Shown here piece after piece: positions 49,089 to 62,900 of a DNA stretch of 64,000 nucleotides. Position 1 is the stretch's first letter, and the number at the start of each line of letters is the position of its first letter. The stretch comes from Mobula hypostoma (taxonomy: Eukaryota), in contig NC_086097.1 in the NCBI RefSeq assembly GCF_963921235.1, positions 124,994,001 through 125,058,000 on the forward strand, in the 5' to 3' direction. The position numbers were made by a program, and so were the translations under genes. The notes beneath the pieces are model-generated. The model searched no databases, was not told where the DNA came from, and was given only the letters and a program-made list of their open reading frames with translations.

Positions 49089-49173
49089 AGACCTGTCACC
49101 GACGTCACTTCCAGTTCCGGGTGAACCCCCCCATTGCACACTGGGAACTGAAGTTCTTTATTGTGTACACACA
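46513..49173 (-). mobile_element. Complete but internally deleted Gypsy-like LTR element (gag plus protease, no RT/IN)
   Basis: LTRs at 46513-~46744 and 48921-49173. PPT tcttccctcttt at 46745-46756. tRNA-Leu-type PBS actcctgacacca at 48908-48920. TSD ttgtg at 46508-46512 and 49174-49178. gag zinc knuckles CPAYGKSCNNCGKKNHFAKCC. Confidence 0.88.
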
Positions 49174-50459
49174 TTGTGGCCATGCTAGTTTAGTGCCAGA
49201 ATATCTGGCGACACTTGTGGGCAGCCCCCAGCACATCATGAGTTTGTGTTGGTTGTTAATAGAAACAACACATTTTACTGTATATTCCGATGTTTGTGTG
49301 ATAAATCAAACTGAATCTGAATATGAATGAGTCTCCCATGGGGAACCTTGTCAAATGCCATACTAAAATCTATATACATCACATCCACTGCTCTGCCTTC
49401 ATATGCATGTTTTGTCACTTCCTCAAAGAATTTAATCTGGCCCGCGAGGTATGACCTGTCCTTCTCAAGGCCATGGTAACTATCCCTAATCAGACTATGC
49501 TTCTTCATAAATTTTGTCTCTAAGAATCCTCTCCAATAGTTTGCCCACCACGGATGTACGACCAGTGGTCTATAATTCCCAGCCTTATAATCCCACCCTT
49601 TCTTGAATAAAGGAATAACATTTGACACCCTCCAATCTTTTGGCACTACTCCTGTGGCCAGTGATTTGGTGCCTTTACCATCCACCTGCAGCTAAACCCT
49701 AACACTGCGATAACACTGCCTCTTATATGATAGAAAGTTGGAATCTCAATCAGAATGAGCTTTATCATCACACATATATGCCTTGAATCTTGTTGTTTTT
49801 TGGCAGCAGTACTACAAATTACAGTAAGAAATACATACTGTACTGTGCAAAAGTCTTAGCTAGGGTGCTTAAGTCTTTTGTACAGTGCTGTGTTTGTCAA
49901 CATGGAACGGAGAGCGAGTTTGTAGATTTGGCGGGAGCAAAGGATGCTGGGAATGTTGAGGGTAGGGCAGTGTGGGAGGGATGTGAGACAGGTGGCGGAG
50001 AAGGAGTGCCGGGGCAGGGAGGGTGGCACAACCAACCCTGAGACTCCAGGCCAGGCCAAGGTCTCTGATGCTTCCTGTTCCTTTCCCTCTCCCTTCCCCT
50101 TTTCCCAATCATGATTCCCCTTTCCCTTTTCTCTTCCCATTCCCACAATAGAGACCCATATCAGAATCAGGTTTATCATCACACACATATATTGTGAAAG
50201 CTGTCTTTTTGTGGCAGCTGTACAGTGCAATACATAAAATTACACAGTACTGTGCAAAAGTCTTAGGCTTCCTAGCTATATATATATATATATATGTATA
50301 TCTGTGCCTCAGTCTTGTTTATAAGTAAATAATTAATGCAAAAAAAGAGCAAAAATTATGAGGTAATGTTCATGGGTTCATTATCCATTCTGAAATCTGA
50401 TGGTGGAGGGGAGGGGAAGAAGCTTTTCCTAAAACATTGAGTGTGCATCTTCAGGCTCC

Positions 50460-51230
50460 TTTACTTCCTCAGGGATCCTATCACCAAACATATCTTAACC
50501 TCCCCACTCTTTCCATTTTCCACAGGGATCTCTCCCTCCGTGGTTCCTACACCTCCTCCCTCACCTCCATTCAAGGTCCGAAACAGTCCTACCAGGAAAG
50601 GCAACATTTCACCTGTGAATCTGTAGGAGGCATCTATTGTGTCCGGTACTCCTGATGCAGCTTCCACTACACCGGTGTGGTCCTTCGTAAACTGAGAGAC
50701 CGCCTCATCGAGCACATCTGCTCCATCCACCAAAAGCAGAACTTCCATACCCATTCCCATTCCAACATGTTGGTCCATGGCCTCCTCTTTTGCCACAATG
50801 AGGCCACTCCCAGGGTGCAAGAGCAACACCCTATATTCCGTCTGGGTAGCCTCCAACCTGATGGCATAAATATCAACTGACCTTCTGATAAAAAAAATTC
50901 CCACCCCTTGCCCTCTTCTTCTAATCCCCTCTCAGGCCTCTTAGCTCTTCTCACCTGCCTGTCACCCCCCCCCCCCACCGGGTTCCCTCCTCCTTCCCTT
51001 TCTCCTTTGGTCCACTCTCTTCTCTTATTGTTGTTCTTGCTCTCCAGCCCTTTACTTGTCCTACCCACCCTGCCCCGGCTTCATCTACCACCTTCAATCT
51101 ATCCTCCTTCCCCTCCCTTCACCTTTTTATCCTGGCAACTTCCCCCTTAATTTCCAGTCCTGATGATGGGTCTCGACCCTGAAACGTCGACTGTTAATTC
51201 ATTTTCATAGATGCTACCTGACCTGCTGAG
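50460..51230 (+). mobile_element. Older PLE 3' fragment with a hammerhead
   Basis: Encodes SLTSIQGPKQSYQERQHFTCESVGGIYCVR and QEQHPIFRLGSLQPDGININ. Confidence 0.85.
51155..51193 (+). ncRNA. Minimal hammerhead ribozyme motif with an intact core
   Basis: cagtc CTGATGA tgggtctcgaccct GAAA cgtc gactg; stem I is cagtc/gactg and stem II is gggtc/gaccc. Confidence 0.75.
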
Positions 51231-54200
51231 GATAGATCTTCAGAGATGTTGGCACCCCGGAGCAGATTAAGAATCAGCAGATTCTTATATTTCTGAAGTT
51301 TTGAGCCTCTTTGATAGTGCCTGAACCTCAGCCCTCAAATGTCTCATGACCCTTAGGAAAAATACATAGCTATTATTGCTCAAGCATTACACTCAATGTC
51401 CACTGTGTTACGTACACCCATACACCTGCTTGTTAATGTAAGTATCTAATCAGCCAATCATGTAGCAGCAACTCAATGCATAAAGAATGCAGATGTGGCT
51501 AAGAGGTTCAGTTGTTGTTCAGAGTAAACATCAGAATGGGGAAGAAATGTGATCTAAGTGACTTTGACCGTGGAATGACTATTGGTACCAGACCAAGTGG
51601 TTTGAGTATCTCAGAAACTGCTGATCTCTTGGGATTTTCTTCTAGAGTTTACAGAGAACAGTGCAGAAACAAAGAAGTATTCAGTGAGCGGCAGTTCTCT
51701 GTGCGAAAATGCCTTGTTAATGAGAGAGGTCAGAGGAGAATGGCTAGACTGGTTTAAGCTGACAGGAAGGCAACAGTAACTCAAATAATCACACATTACC
51801 ACAGAAAATCTCTGAACGCACAACACATCGAACCTGAAATGGATGGGCTAGAGCAGCAGAAGACCACACCGGGTTCCACTCCTGTACCAAATAAAGTGGC
51901 CACTGCGTGGCAAATGTTACAACGAAAAATGTGGTGTTGCAGGCCATACATTCAACCAGGTGCTTCGTGTCTTTCTGTCAATGCATTAAATGTTATCAGA
52001 CAAGATAATTCAAGATATGAATTTAGGTGACCATCACAAAGTTAAAAAAAGTTTTAATAGAACATCGCCAGTACTTGATGCAGCAAGGTGTTGTGTAATA
52101 TGACCCATATGCATATTGGCATCCAGTGCACGTTCAAAGACCCAAGACAAGCTATTGTGAAACTTAAAAGTGCCATCCATGTGGTTTACACGAAATCTTT
52201 ATAATTGTCATCCCTTGAGTGAACAAAAGAGAAAAAGGCCTCTTGATTTCCCGGGGGGCAAATCTGATAAAAGAACCTTCCCCCCCGCCCCACCCCCCAC
52301 CTTTGGGAGATATAAATGTGATCTGAATACAACCAAAACCAACCTCCTGGTCCTTAGTCACAACTGTCATTTAATGATATATTGACTCAAGACAAATCTT
52401 TCTCTTGACTGGCTTTTCATCACATTGTTAGTAATTGTAAAAAGAAGCAATTTTTATTTTCTGAGATACCACGTAATACTGGCATCAATGTGTAACTGTG
52501 CACTCCTTTTAAGAAGGTACCTTTTGTTGTCTTTGAACAGGCACTTTGAATAGGTGCCCCATGCAAATGAGCCTCAAGGCAGCAAAAAGTACAACCACCT
52601 GTATGTAAAATGTGGAAGCCGACGAGAAGCATTTTGTACAGAGCTGTTTACTGAATCTAGTCCTTATACAACTCCTATTGAATGAAAATGGTGAATAAAG
52701 AAAATAAATTATATTGCCTTTATTGCATGACTTTCTCATCAAATTAGAATTTTTATAACTGTCTCCATACATATTGAGAGTAATGCATAGAAAATGCTGG
52801 AGGAACCCAGCAGGGCAGGCAGCATCTATGGAAACATTTTGGACTGAGATCCTTCATCAGGATAGTCAAGATATTCATCAGATATCTCCGGGGTTCTGTT
52901 ATGTTATGTATCCATACATATTTATATCTCAATGAAATATTTTGAACCATGAAAAACAGCAATAATTTGGGAAGAAATAAGATTTTTCTCTTAATTCCTC
53001 CACCCTTTGGTATCCCTGCCTACAGAAATTTGTTTGGAGCCGCTGACTGTAAGAATTATTGCATGTCTGTTCCCTCTGTGACTGCACAGTGCTCCGGTTT
53101 CCTCCCACGTTTCAAAGAGGTACGAGTTAGGGCTAGTAAGTTGTGGGCACGCTATGCTGGTGCTGGAAGCTTAACAACACTTGCCATAAGACCATAATTC
53201 ATAGGAGCAGAATTAGGCCATCTGGCACATCGAGTCTGCTCCACCATTTAATCAAGGCTGATCCTTTTTTTAAAATCTCCTCCTCAACCCCAGTTCCTGG
53301 CCTTCTCCCCGTAACCTTTCATGCCATGTCCAATCAAGAACATAACAATCTCTGCCTTAAATACACCCAGCAACCTGGCCTCCACAGTTGCATGTGGCAA
53401 CAAATTCCACAAATTCACCACCCTTGCAGGCTCTCCCCGGCACATCCTTTTGGACTGTTTGCTCATCAATGCAAATGATGCATTTCACTCTGTGTTTAGA
53501 CATTTCAGTGTACATGTGATACAATCAGATAGATAATTCTCTGAAAACTACATCATCTTGCCACTATTGGAGGTTTATAGTTGCCGGGGTTGATCTAAAA
53601 CCACACTAGTTGAATAAGTATTGATTTTACTGTGATCAACTCATGTTAAGTACTGGGACAAGCTCTTTGTTCTGTTTCGTGCTGTTGAGTGGTCACGATT
53701 GGTTACAAAGGAAAGTGGAGAAGTTTAAAGTACCGGCAGTCTCTAATTACAAAAAAACTTCCGGCCTCTAATGACTTGCAGATTCCATGCAAAACTGCCA
53801 ATCCAATTGTTCAGCATTGCTTCGTCTATCTCTCTTTTCTGGTGATTAATGTTTTCCTGGTATTGCGCTCAAATAAGAAAAGCTGGCCATAAGTGTTTGG
53901 ATTAATAATTCCCAGCACTGCCGAGCCTATAGTCTTGGCAAATGCATGATAGGGCTCTGTCATTGTCTTCCAGTTTGAAAGTATGTTTGAAAAGTTTGAA
54001 AGCATCTAATGCCAGGTTGCACTGGAATTAGCTCTGCTGGAAAATATAACCAACACATAAACACAAGAAGTTCTGCTAGAAATCTTGAGCAACATGCACA
54101 AAGTGCTGAAGCAGAAGGATAAGAGATAAAGGGTCACAAAAACAAAGTACAAAATGAAAGTGGGTAATCAATTCTGTAAACCAAATCATTGAAATATAAT

Positions 54201-55701
54201 GTGAAAAGAAGCAGTCCCAATGTTGACCCCTGCAGTACAACGTCGGTCACCGGCAGCCAGCCAGAAAAGTCCCCCTTTATTCCTACTCTCTGTCTCCTGC
54301 CAGTCAGCCAATCTTCTATCCATGTTAGTATCTTTCCTTAATACTATGGAATCTTATCTTGTTAAGCAGCCTTATGTGCAGCACCTTGTCAAAAGCCTTC
54401 TAAAAATCCAAGTAAACAACGTCAACTGACTTTTCTTTCTCTATTCCGTCAGTTATTTCCATTGAGAATCTCAACAGATCTGTCAGGCAAGATTTCCCCT
54501 TAAGGAAACCATGCTGACATTGTCCTATTTTATCATGTGTTTCCAAGTAACCAGAAAGCTCATCCTTAGTAATGGAGTCCAACATCTTCCCAACCAGTGA
54601 AGTCAGGTTAACGGTCTCATAATTTCCTGTCTTTTGCCTCCCTCACTTCTTAACAAGTGGAGTGACATTTGCAATTTTCCAGTCCTCCAGAACCATTCTA
54701 GAATCTAGAGATTCTTGAAAGATCACTACTAATGCCTCCACAATCTCCTCAGCTACCTTTTTCAAAACCCTAGGGTGTAGTCCATCTGGTCGAAAAGGTT
54801 CGTTCCACAGGAAGTTAATCTGATCACGCATTCTATTTATCCCAATCCATCCCCTCTATCTGTTACCTCAGTCACTGCTTTGCACTGTAAAAACTCTTTT
54901 AAAAGAATTTTTATAACAGTATTTACACTGTAAATACATGCTGGTGTTTATGTGTTTATGTAGTTTTATTCCACATCTGTACTTTAACCTCTAGTTTTAT
55001 TTTTATATAAATTTTCATTATACTATATATTATAGACTTCATTAGCTTTTTTAAAATTGATATATAATTATTTTTGGATAATTCTTTATTCTTTATTATT
55101 GTTGAATGTTGTTTCTATTGCATGTCTCACCCAGAACAACACACCACAGCAAATTCCTAATATATGTAAATGTACTGTAAATGGTGAATAAAGTTGATTC
55201 TTAATCCTCAAAAGTTAAGCCTTTTTATAGTTTATTGTTTTGATAACATGATAACATTGCTAACATCTTTGAATATTTGGTATGGACATTAAAACCACAA
55301 CTGCCTTACACTCCTTTAATGAGTCAGATGTAAGAAAACAGGGGAGGGTTATAATGTGATAAGCACATAATCCAGTCCAAAAACACCCTGCAGTTCTTGC
55401 AGCTGTCACTAGGATATCTGAATGACCCACTGATTGGTCTTGGGGAGAGCGTACAAACTCTTTACAGACAGTGGCAGGAATTGAACCCAGGTCACTAACT
55501 ACCTGCTACACCTCTGAAATAAAATTAATTGCAGCTGCACAGGGGCTGCGAATCTACAAGGGTGCAGCATCCATCATCAAAGGCACCCACCCTCCAGGGC
55601 ATGTCCATTTCTCGCTGTTACCATCAGGCAGGTCCCACACCACTGGGTTCAGGAACGGTTAAGATCCTACAGCCATCATGTACCCGAACTAGTGTGGATA
55701 A

Positions 55702-57678
55702 TGTTATGTTTTGTAACTGCAAGACATAAAAATTAATCAAAATAAAACACAGAGTTGGGAATAAGGTGTCTAACTTCATGTTTGCTTTAAATGAGGTGCG
55801 TGTATTTGGCGTGGTGGCGGATGACGTATGCCATTCACATATTTCGTACATATAACCTTAATTAATTATTTAAATAAAACAAGAATGCTTAATCAAATTG
55901 TATATTTACAATATTACTCAAATATTAATGAATATTAAATACAAAAGACTCCTCCCTGCTGAGTTATAAACGCCAATTCAATAGACAATGCATCTTAGCT
56001 ATGTACACAGTATACTATAAAATACAACCACTATAGAGACATCCACAGCATACTAAATCTTAAATTATCGCATTCAGGCCTAAAGATTTAATCGCTGTGG
56101 AGGTTTTATTACTCTTGTGAGATAACATCTTTCCTAACATGTGGGATCATTCTGCTTGGCAAGTGAGACTTGTGGCTGTGAAACAATCTCGGGTTCGGGG
56201 GCCTCCTCTGTGGTGGTTGCAGCAGGTAACTCTGGGACTGTAGGAAGTGGTTTTGACAGCTCTGAATACCTCCCTCTAGACATGTGTGAGTACAGAGTCT
56301 GATGCCACTATTTTCTTTGCCTTTTGGAAAGCCAGCTCACTGTCCATTGTCATTTCTTCCTGATCTATAGTAATGAGTTCAAGTGGTGGAGCACAGTAGC
56401 CAGGTTTGGCTGAAACCAGTTATAATAATTGACAAATCCTAAAAAAAAACTGCAATTGTGACACAATTTCTTTTCTATCTTTTTCTCTTCCCTGTGCAAA
56501 CCAATAGTTTTGTCTGCCTGAAATGCCTTTTGTATGTGTCCTACTTCGTTGTTGTCTGCAGGTTTTTCCTTTGAATCTGCATTGGTCTGGTGTATGTGAG
56601 CCCCTGACACAGCAGTAACACAATTTGTTCTGCCGGGCCAGTTTCTGTTTTGGATGATGCAATTTTTTTCACACTCACTTTCATTCCTGACTGCAAATGA
56701 ATTGTATCTCTGCTGTTTCCATTAATACAGCTATTTCAACTGCTCTTTTAATGTAAGTTGAGCTTCAGTTAAGAGCCATTTTTTCTTGTAAGATCCTGCA
56801 AATTGATCAATATCTCAGTAAATTATTAAGCCCATTACTGAACTGATGTTGCTCAGACAATTTCCTTAATTCAGCCATGGACTCCTCTTCCTTCTGATTC
56901 TGCTTATGAAACTTAAAGTGCTCTGCAATCAACAATGGCTTCAGTTCAAAATATTCCTGCATTACTCTCAAAATATCAGCAAAGGTCATTTCAGTTTGTT
57001 TGGTTGGAGCTATCAAACTTCTAAGCAGACTGTATATCTTTAAACCCAATGCATTCAGCAAAACTGGCATTCGTTTCTCAGTAGCTATTCCATTTGCTTT
57101 AAAATACTGATCAATTTGCTCAGTATACAAAATCCAGTTATTTCTTGTGCAATCGAATGCATCTATCTTTCCAATATAACCAGCCATTTCTGCTTCTTTA
57201 AATTCATTATTATTATCACCCAGTACTCATTGTTTATGAACCTGTGATCTTGTCCATTTTCGTTCTTAATTTTTTAACTCGGAAGTGTCTTCCCTTCTGA
57301 AAAACGTGCTGTGATTTTTTTTAACTCAAATGTCTTGGTGCACTTTTTTTTAACAGGAACATCTTGCTGTGCTTCAAAAGGTAGGTGGTCATCTTGGAGT
57401 CATTTAAAACTTCCTTGTCGCCACTGTTATGTTTCATAACTCCAATACATAAGATATAAAAACTAACTGAAATTATAAACATGGAGCCAGGAATAGTGTG
57501 TCTAATGTCATTTTTGCTTTAAGCAAGACATGCGTATATGATGTGGTCATACAATGATGTATACATTTGCCATGTCACTGCGCCATACATTTACTGTATA
57601 CATTCATGTACCTCATGCCTATAACCATTTTGAATTATTTAATATTTACAATATTACTGAAATTTTAAATACACCACG
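55702..57678 (-). mobile_element. Old, internally deleted Gypsy-like LTR element (gag remnant, small pol fragment)
   Basis: Diverged LTRs starting tgttatgttt at 55702 and 57425. PPT ctcctccct at about 55949. PBS ccttgtcgcca at 57413-57423 (tRNA-Ser-like). TSD gataa at 55697-55701 and 57679-57683. gag MAGYIGKIDAFD...QYFKANGI; pol remnant FLGFVNYY. Confidence 0.8.
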
Positions 57679-59959
57679 GATAACTTCACTTACCTCAACA
57701 CTGAACTGATTCCACAACCTATGGACTCTCTTTCACATTCTCTACAACTCATCTTCTCAGAGTATGTATGTATTGTATTTACACAGTTTGTCTTCTTTTG
57801 CACATTGGTTGGTTATCAGTGTTTGTTTTTGTGTAGTTTTTCATCAATTTTATTGTATTTCTTTGTTTTCTTGTGAATGCCTGCAAGAAAATAAATCTCA
57901 ATGTAGTGCATGGTGACATTTACGCGCCTTGATAATAAATTTACTTTAAAATTTAAGCAGGTGTAACAGAGTCTGCCCAACACATACCTCAGGTAATATC
58001 TCCTGTGGGCTAGGGAGAGCAGAAGCACAGTGCCTACAGACTTTGCGAAAGCTCTTTGTCTCCTCCCATTCAATCAGGATCTAATCTTTGTCTTCCTTCC
58101 ATTGCTGCCTTCCTCTGATACAGGCACCCCGGCACTCAAGATCATGGTTGATCCAATTAACCACAATTCCTTATTTCCATCTACCCTTGGTAAGCTTTCG
58201 TTGTCTTACATTTCAAGTATCTACAGAACTCTGCCTTAATAGGATCCAAAGTCTCTGTTTCCATCATCTTGTGCAGAAGAGAGTTCCAGAGGCTCATTGT
58301 CATCTGTGAGAAAAAAGTTAGCTCAGTTCCAATTTGTCTGAAGAACCCTTTATTTTTATGTAAAGTACCTAGTTTGTGTTAGAGATGTACCAAGGTATTC
58401 CAGCAATGAGCCCATGCTGTCCAATTGCATCCACATGACCAATTAACCTACTAACTCATACATCTTTGGAATGTGGGAGGAAACCAGAGCACACAGAGGA
58501 AACCCACGCAGTCACAGGGAGAACATACAACTCATTACAGACAGCGGTTGGAATTGAACCCTGATCGTAGATTGCTGTTTGACAGTGACCGCTACGCTAC
58601 CATGTAGTACTTAGTGAGTTGTTTTCATTTGACAGCTCCTTACTGACAGCAGCAGAATTGAACCTGATTGCTGGTGCTGTAGTGGCACTACGCTAACCGT
58701 TACATTACCATGCATTCTTTCAACACCCATCCTATCAAAGACCCTCAGGATCAAGTCTCCTCTCGCTTCAGTGAATACAAGTCCCCTCTGAACTCCGGAG
58801 AGTATAACTTTGTACGCGAAAGTACAAGAGGCTGCAGAGGTCTGTAGACTCAGCCATTCCATCACAAGCACAGCCCTCCTCACCATCGAGGACTTCTTCA
58901 TGGGGTAGTGACTCAATAAGGGATCATGAAGCCTCCCACCATCTGAAACTTGCCCTCTTCTCATTATTACCATCAGTGAGGAGGTATAGGAGACTGATGA
59001 CCCATGCTCAATGTTTTTGGAACAGTATTAGGAATTTACTGTGTTGTGTTTGCCCAACATGCAACAAAAAACAATAACATTCAACAATTACAAAGAATAA
59101 AGAATTATATAAAAAATAAAGTTTGAGGTTAAGATCACAAGACATAGGAGCAGAATTAGGCCATCCTTCCCCCTGGCTTCTCTCTATTGCTTTTCTTGGT
59201 AGTAGTTAGAGATTATCCAGAGTCATACAACTGCATTGGAGCCACGTGGCAGCGGGTAGTGCAGAGATAGTAATCAGACATGATCCAGAGCCCTGCGTCT
59301 GCAGTGCAGCAGTATAAACAGTGAACTGCAGCTCACAGCTCTCCCGCAACCTGCAAAATCAATCGAAGTTTCCCACAGAGTGATCCTCCTAGTCTGACCA
59401 CTGCTGGGGAAAATCTCCATGAAGCAACTGAAACAAAGGGGCAGGGGAAAACTCAAGGATTGTTTTCTTTTTGTTTACTTTCAAGCTTTAGGTGGCATTT
59501 TGCCTGACAGTGCATTTAAACAGTTAATCTAATTGCTTTGCAGTGCCAGTAATCACTGACTGTGGTCCTATTCCCATCACTGACTGTAAGGAGATTGTAT
59601 GTTCTCCCCGCGACCATGTGGGTTTCCCTCGGGTGCTCCGGTTTCCACCACGTTCCAACGATCTGCGGGTTAGGCTTGGTGAGTTGTGGGCACGCTATGT
59701 TGGCACCGGAAGTGTGGCAAGACTTGCGGGCAGCTGCCATCACAATACTTGCTGATTTGATTTGACGTGAACGGCGCATTTCACTGTATGTTTCAATGCA
59801 TTGATGTACATGTGACAATGTAGGTGAGGTGAGGTGTAAATGTAACAGTAAGATCTGAAACTGCCAGTCTGCTATGCTGTGGGTGTGTGTTCAGCAAAGT
59901 AAAAGATGTTGGTTAATGAAGCCTCTGTGCCTTCTGGGTTGAGTGATGAGTGCGTAGGT

Positions 59960-62900
59960 GTCAGTACCTCCAGTTGAGCTCTATCTTTTTGTGTGTTTTC
60001 CCCTAGCTGTCAGTCTGTGGTTTTGTATTGCCATGTGCTCCTGTCCCCGCTCCTGCTCTACTCCGGCCCCTGTATTACTGAGTACTCCGTCTCTCATCTG
60101 TTTCTTATTGTTACCTGTATTGCTGCCACCTGTGTCTCATTGTGCTCCACCTATCATCTGCCACTCTGTTTACTGCTCAGTGTATTTCAGTCCTGTGTTT
60201 TCACCTGTTTTTTTTTTGCCAGATTGTGCCTGTGAATTTTCCTGAGCCTTTCTAGCATTCTGTTAAAGATGGCGACTTTGCGCGTGCTCTCCTGAGCAAA
60301 ATGCCCTCTCCACTATTCTATACCCGAGAAACCCTTCTAACCTCCAATTTAGAAAGATAAAGATCAACACCCTGGCAAAGCTACTGACCCAGCTGGAGAC
60401 CACCGTGCTAGAATTGCTTCTTAAACTCCGGACCACTCCTGGACCCGACCAGCGAGGCCCACCACGTTCCTGGAGACCCGCGGTCTGCTACCGTGTCGGA
60501 GCACTTGGAGACACAGCCCATTCCGACCAGCACCTCTCCGGAGCAGACAACCTCACAGAAGTGACGGCGGAGACTCGAAGTGCCCCAGACGCTTCCCCGG
60601 GGCGACCACTGTAAAGCCCCATTGGTGGACATCCACAGCTGCCGGAAGTGAGGCCTCCACTGCCAACCTCAGAAATTGAGCCCAAGGCTCGGCTGGAGCG
60701 GAGGCCTCTGCAACCGTGACTCGGCTTACGGACTTGTTTCAGCCAGGAGCCCAGCCATTCGGGATTAAGTGTCGGCTTCGGGGCCCGACCCAATCGACAG
60801 CCCAGGCCCCCGGCAGCTGGAAGTAGCAGCGGAGCCTCCCTCGTTACTCGGCCCGACCCGGAGTGTCTGACGACGCGACCGGCTGATCGATTCCCGCAGG
60901 ACACGTCCACCTCCCTCAAAGAGCTGACAACAACACACTGCATCGATGGAGACCTGGAAAGAGGCATTACTTACCGAGGAAGCATGGGAAAAGAGCTGGG
61001 CTGCTGGTCAGATTGAAGCTGAGGGCTTCAGGGTCCCTATGCCCACCATCCTACTAGCTAATGTGTAAGCCATAGAGAACAAGGTGGATGATCTTAAAGG
61101 GAGACTCACCTACTGCAGGGAGATGCAGAACTGCTGTGTACTCTGTTTCACCGAGACCTGGCTCTCCCCTGCCACCCCCCGACTGTGCCATCCGACCGGA
61201 GGGATTTTCGATCCATCGGATGGACCGCACGGCGTCTTCAGGCAAGACGAGGGGAGGTGGTGTCTGCCTACTGATCAACACTGGGTGGTGCTCGGACACA
61301 GTGGCACTGACAAGCTCCTGCAGCCCGGACCTGGAACACCTGTCAGTGAAGTGTCATCCCTACTATCTGCCACGGGAATTCACCTCAGTCATACTGACAG
61401 CGGTCTACGTTCCCCCCCAGGTGGACGTGGAGTGTGCTCTGAACATACTGTATGCCACAGTGGTGAGCTTGAAACCAGGTATCCAGAGGCTTTGCTCATT
61501 ACAGCCGGGGACTTTAACCAGGCCAACCTCAGAAAGGCGCTGCCAAAGTTATACCAACATGTCTCCTGCCCCACTAGAGGCCCGAATATACTTGACCACT
61601 GCTACACAGCAGTCAAAGATGCCTACCGTTCCGTCCCATGACCTCACTTCGGAAAATCGGACCATCAGGCTGTACTCCTCCTCCCGGTTTACAAACAGAA
61701 ACTGAAGCAGGAGGTCACGGTGTCAAAAGTAGTGTCGCGTTGGACGGAGGAAACGGATGAGGTCCTCCGTGACTGCTTTGAATCGGTGGACTGGTTAGTA
61801 TTCAAGGACTCGGCAGCTAACCTCGATGAGTATGCCTCAGCTGTCACGGACTTTATTTGGAAATGCATGGAGGACTGTGTGTCTTGCAAGACAATCCGGG
61901 TATTCCCTAACTGGAAACATTGGATGAATTATGAGGTCAAATCCCTTTTAAAGGCTAGAGCTGCGGTTTTAGGTCCGGGGATACCAGTTGCTACACGGAA
62001 TCCAGGCGTGAACTCTGGAAAGCCATTAAGGGAGCCAAGAGGCAATATCGAGCCAAGTTGGAAGCCCAGGCTAACCAAAAGGATGCCAGTAGACTATGGC
62101 AGGGTCTAAATGAGATCACTGGGTGCAAAGTAAAGGCTGGGAATATCAATAACTGTGGTGCTTCTCTTCCTGATAAACTTAACGTATTCTACGCAAGATT
62201 TGAACAGAAGAGGAGCGTCCAGCTCCTTCCGGATGAACCGGACCTGGTGGCATCGAGATTCATCGTCACCGAGGAGGACATTAGAAGGGCCTCCTGAAGA
62301 TAAATCCAAGGAAGGCGACGGGCTCAGATAGCGTCCCGGGACGGGTTCTCCGGGCCTGTGCAAGCAAGGTAGCTGGAGTGTTTGTTGACATCTTCAACTG
62401 CTCCTTGCTTCAGTCTAAGATCCCCTCATGTTTTAAGAAGACAACGATAATCCCAGTGCCGAAGAAGAGCAAGGTGGCATGCCTGAATGACTATCGACCT
62501 GTGGCTCTTCATCAACTGCTATGAAGTGCTTCGAGAGATTGGTTATGGTACACATCAACCACAGCCTACCGGTCAACCTCAACGCTTCGCAACTCACATA
62601 CCAGAGCAACAGGTCAACAGCAGATGCCATCTCTCTGGCCCTACATTCCTCCTTAGAACAACTGGAGAATAAAGACACATACGTAAGGCTCCTTTTCATT
62701 GACTACAGCTCTGCCTTTAATACCATCATTCCAAATAAACTGATTCCTAAGCTCTGGAACCTGGCCCTTAGCACTCAGATCTGCAGCTGGATCTTCAACT
62801 TCCTCATACACAGGACCCAGGCTGTAAAAATAGGGGACAAGCTCTCCTCTACAATCACTCTGAGCACCGGTGCCCCACAAGGCTGTGTACTCAGCCCTCT

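Noticed and set aside
60405..60967. ORFs and CpG-rich stretch as a host gene or CpG island
   Set aside because: They lie within the Rex1 5' leader and show no recognisable protein motifs.
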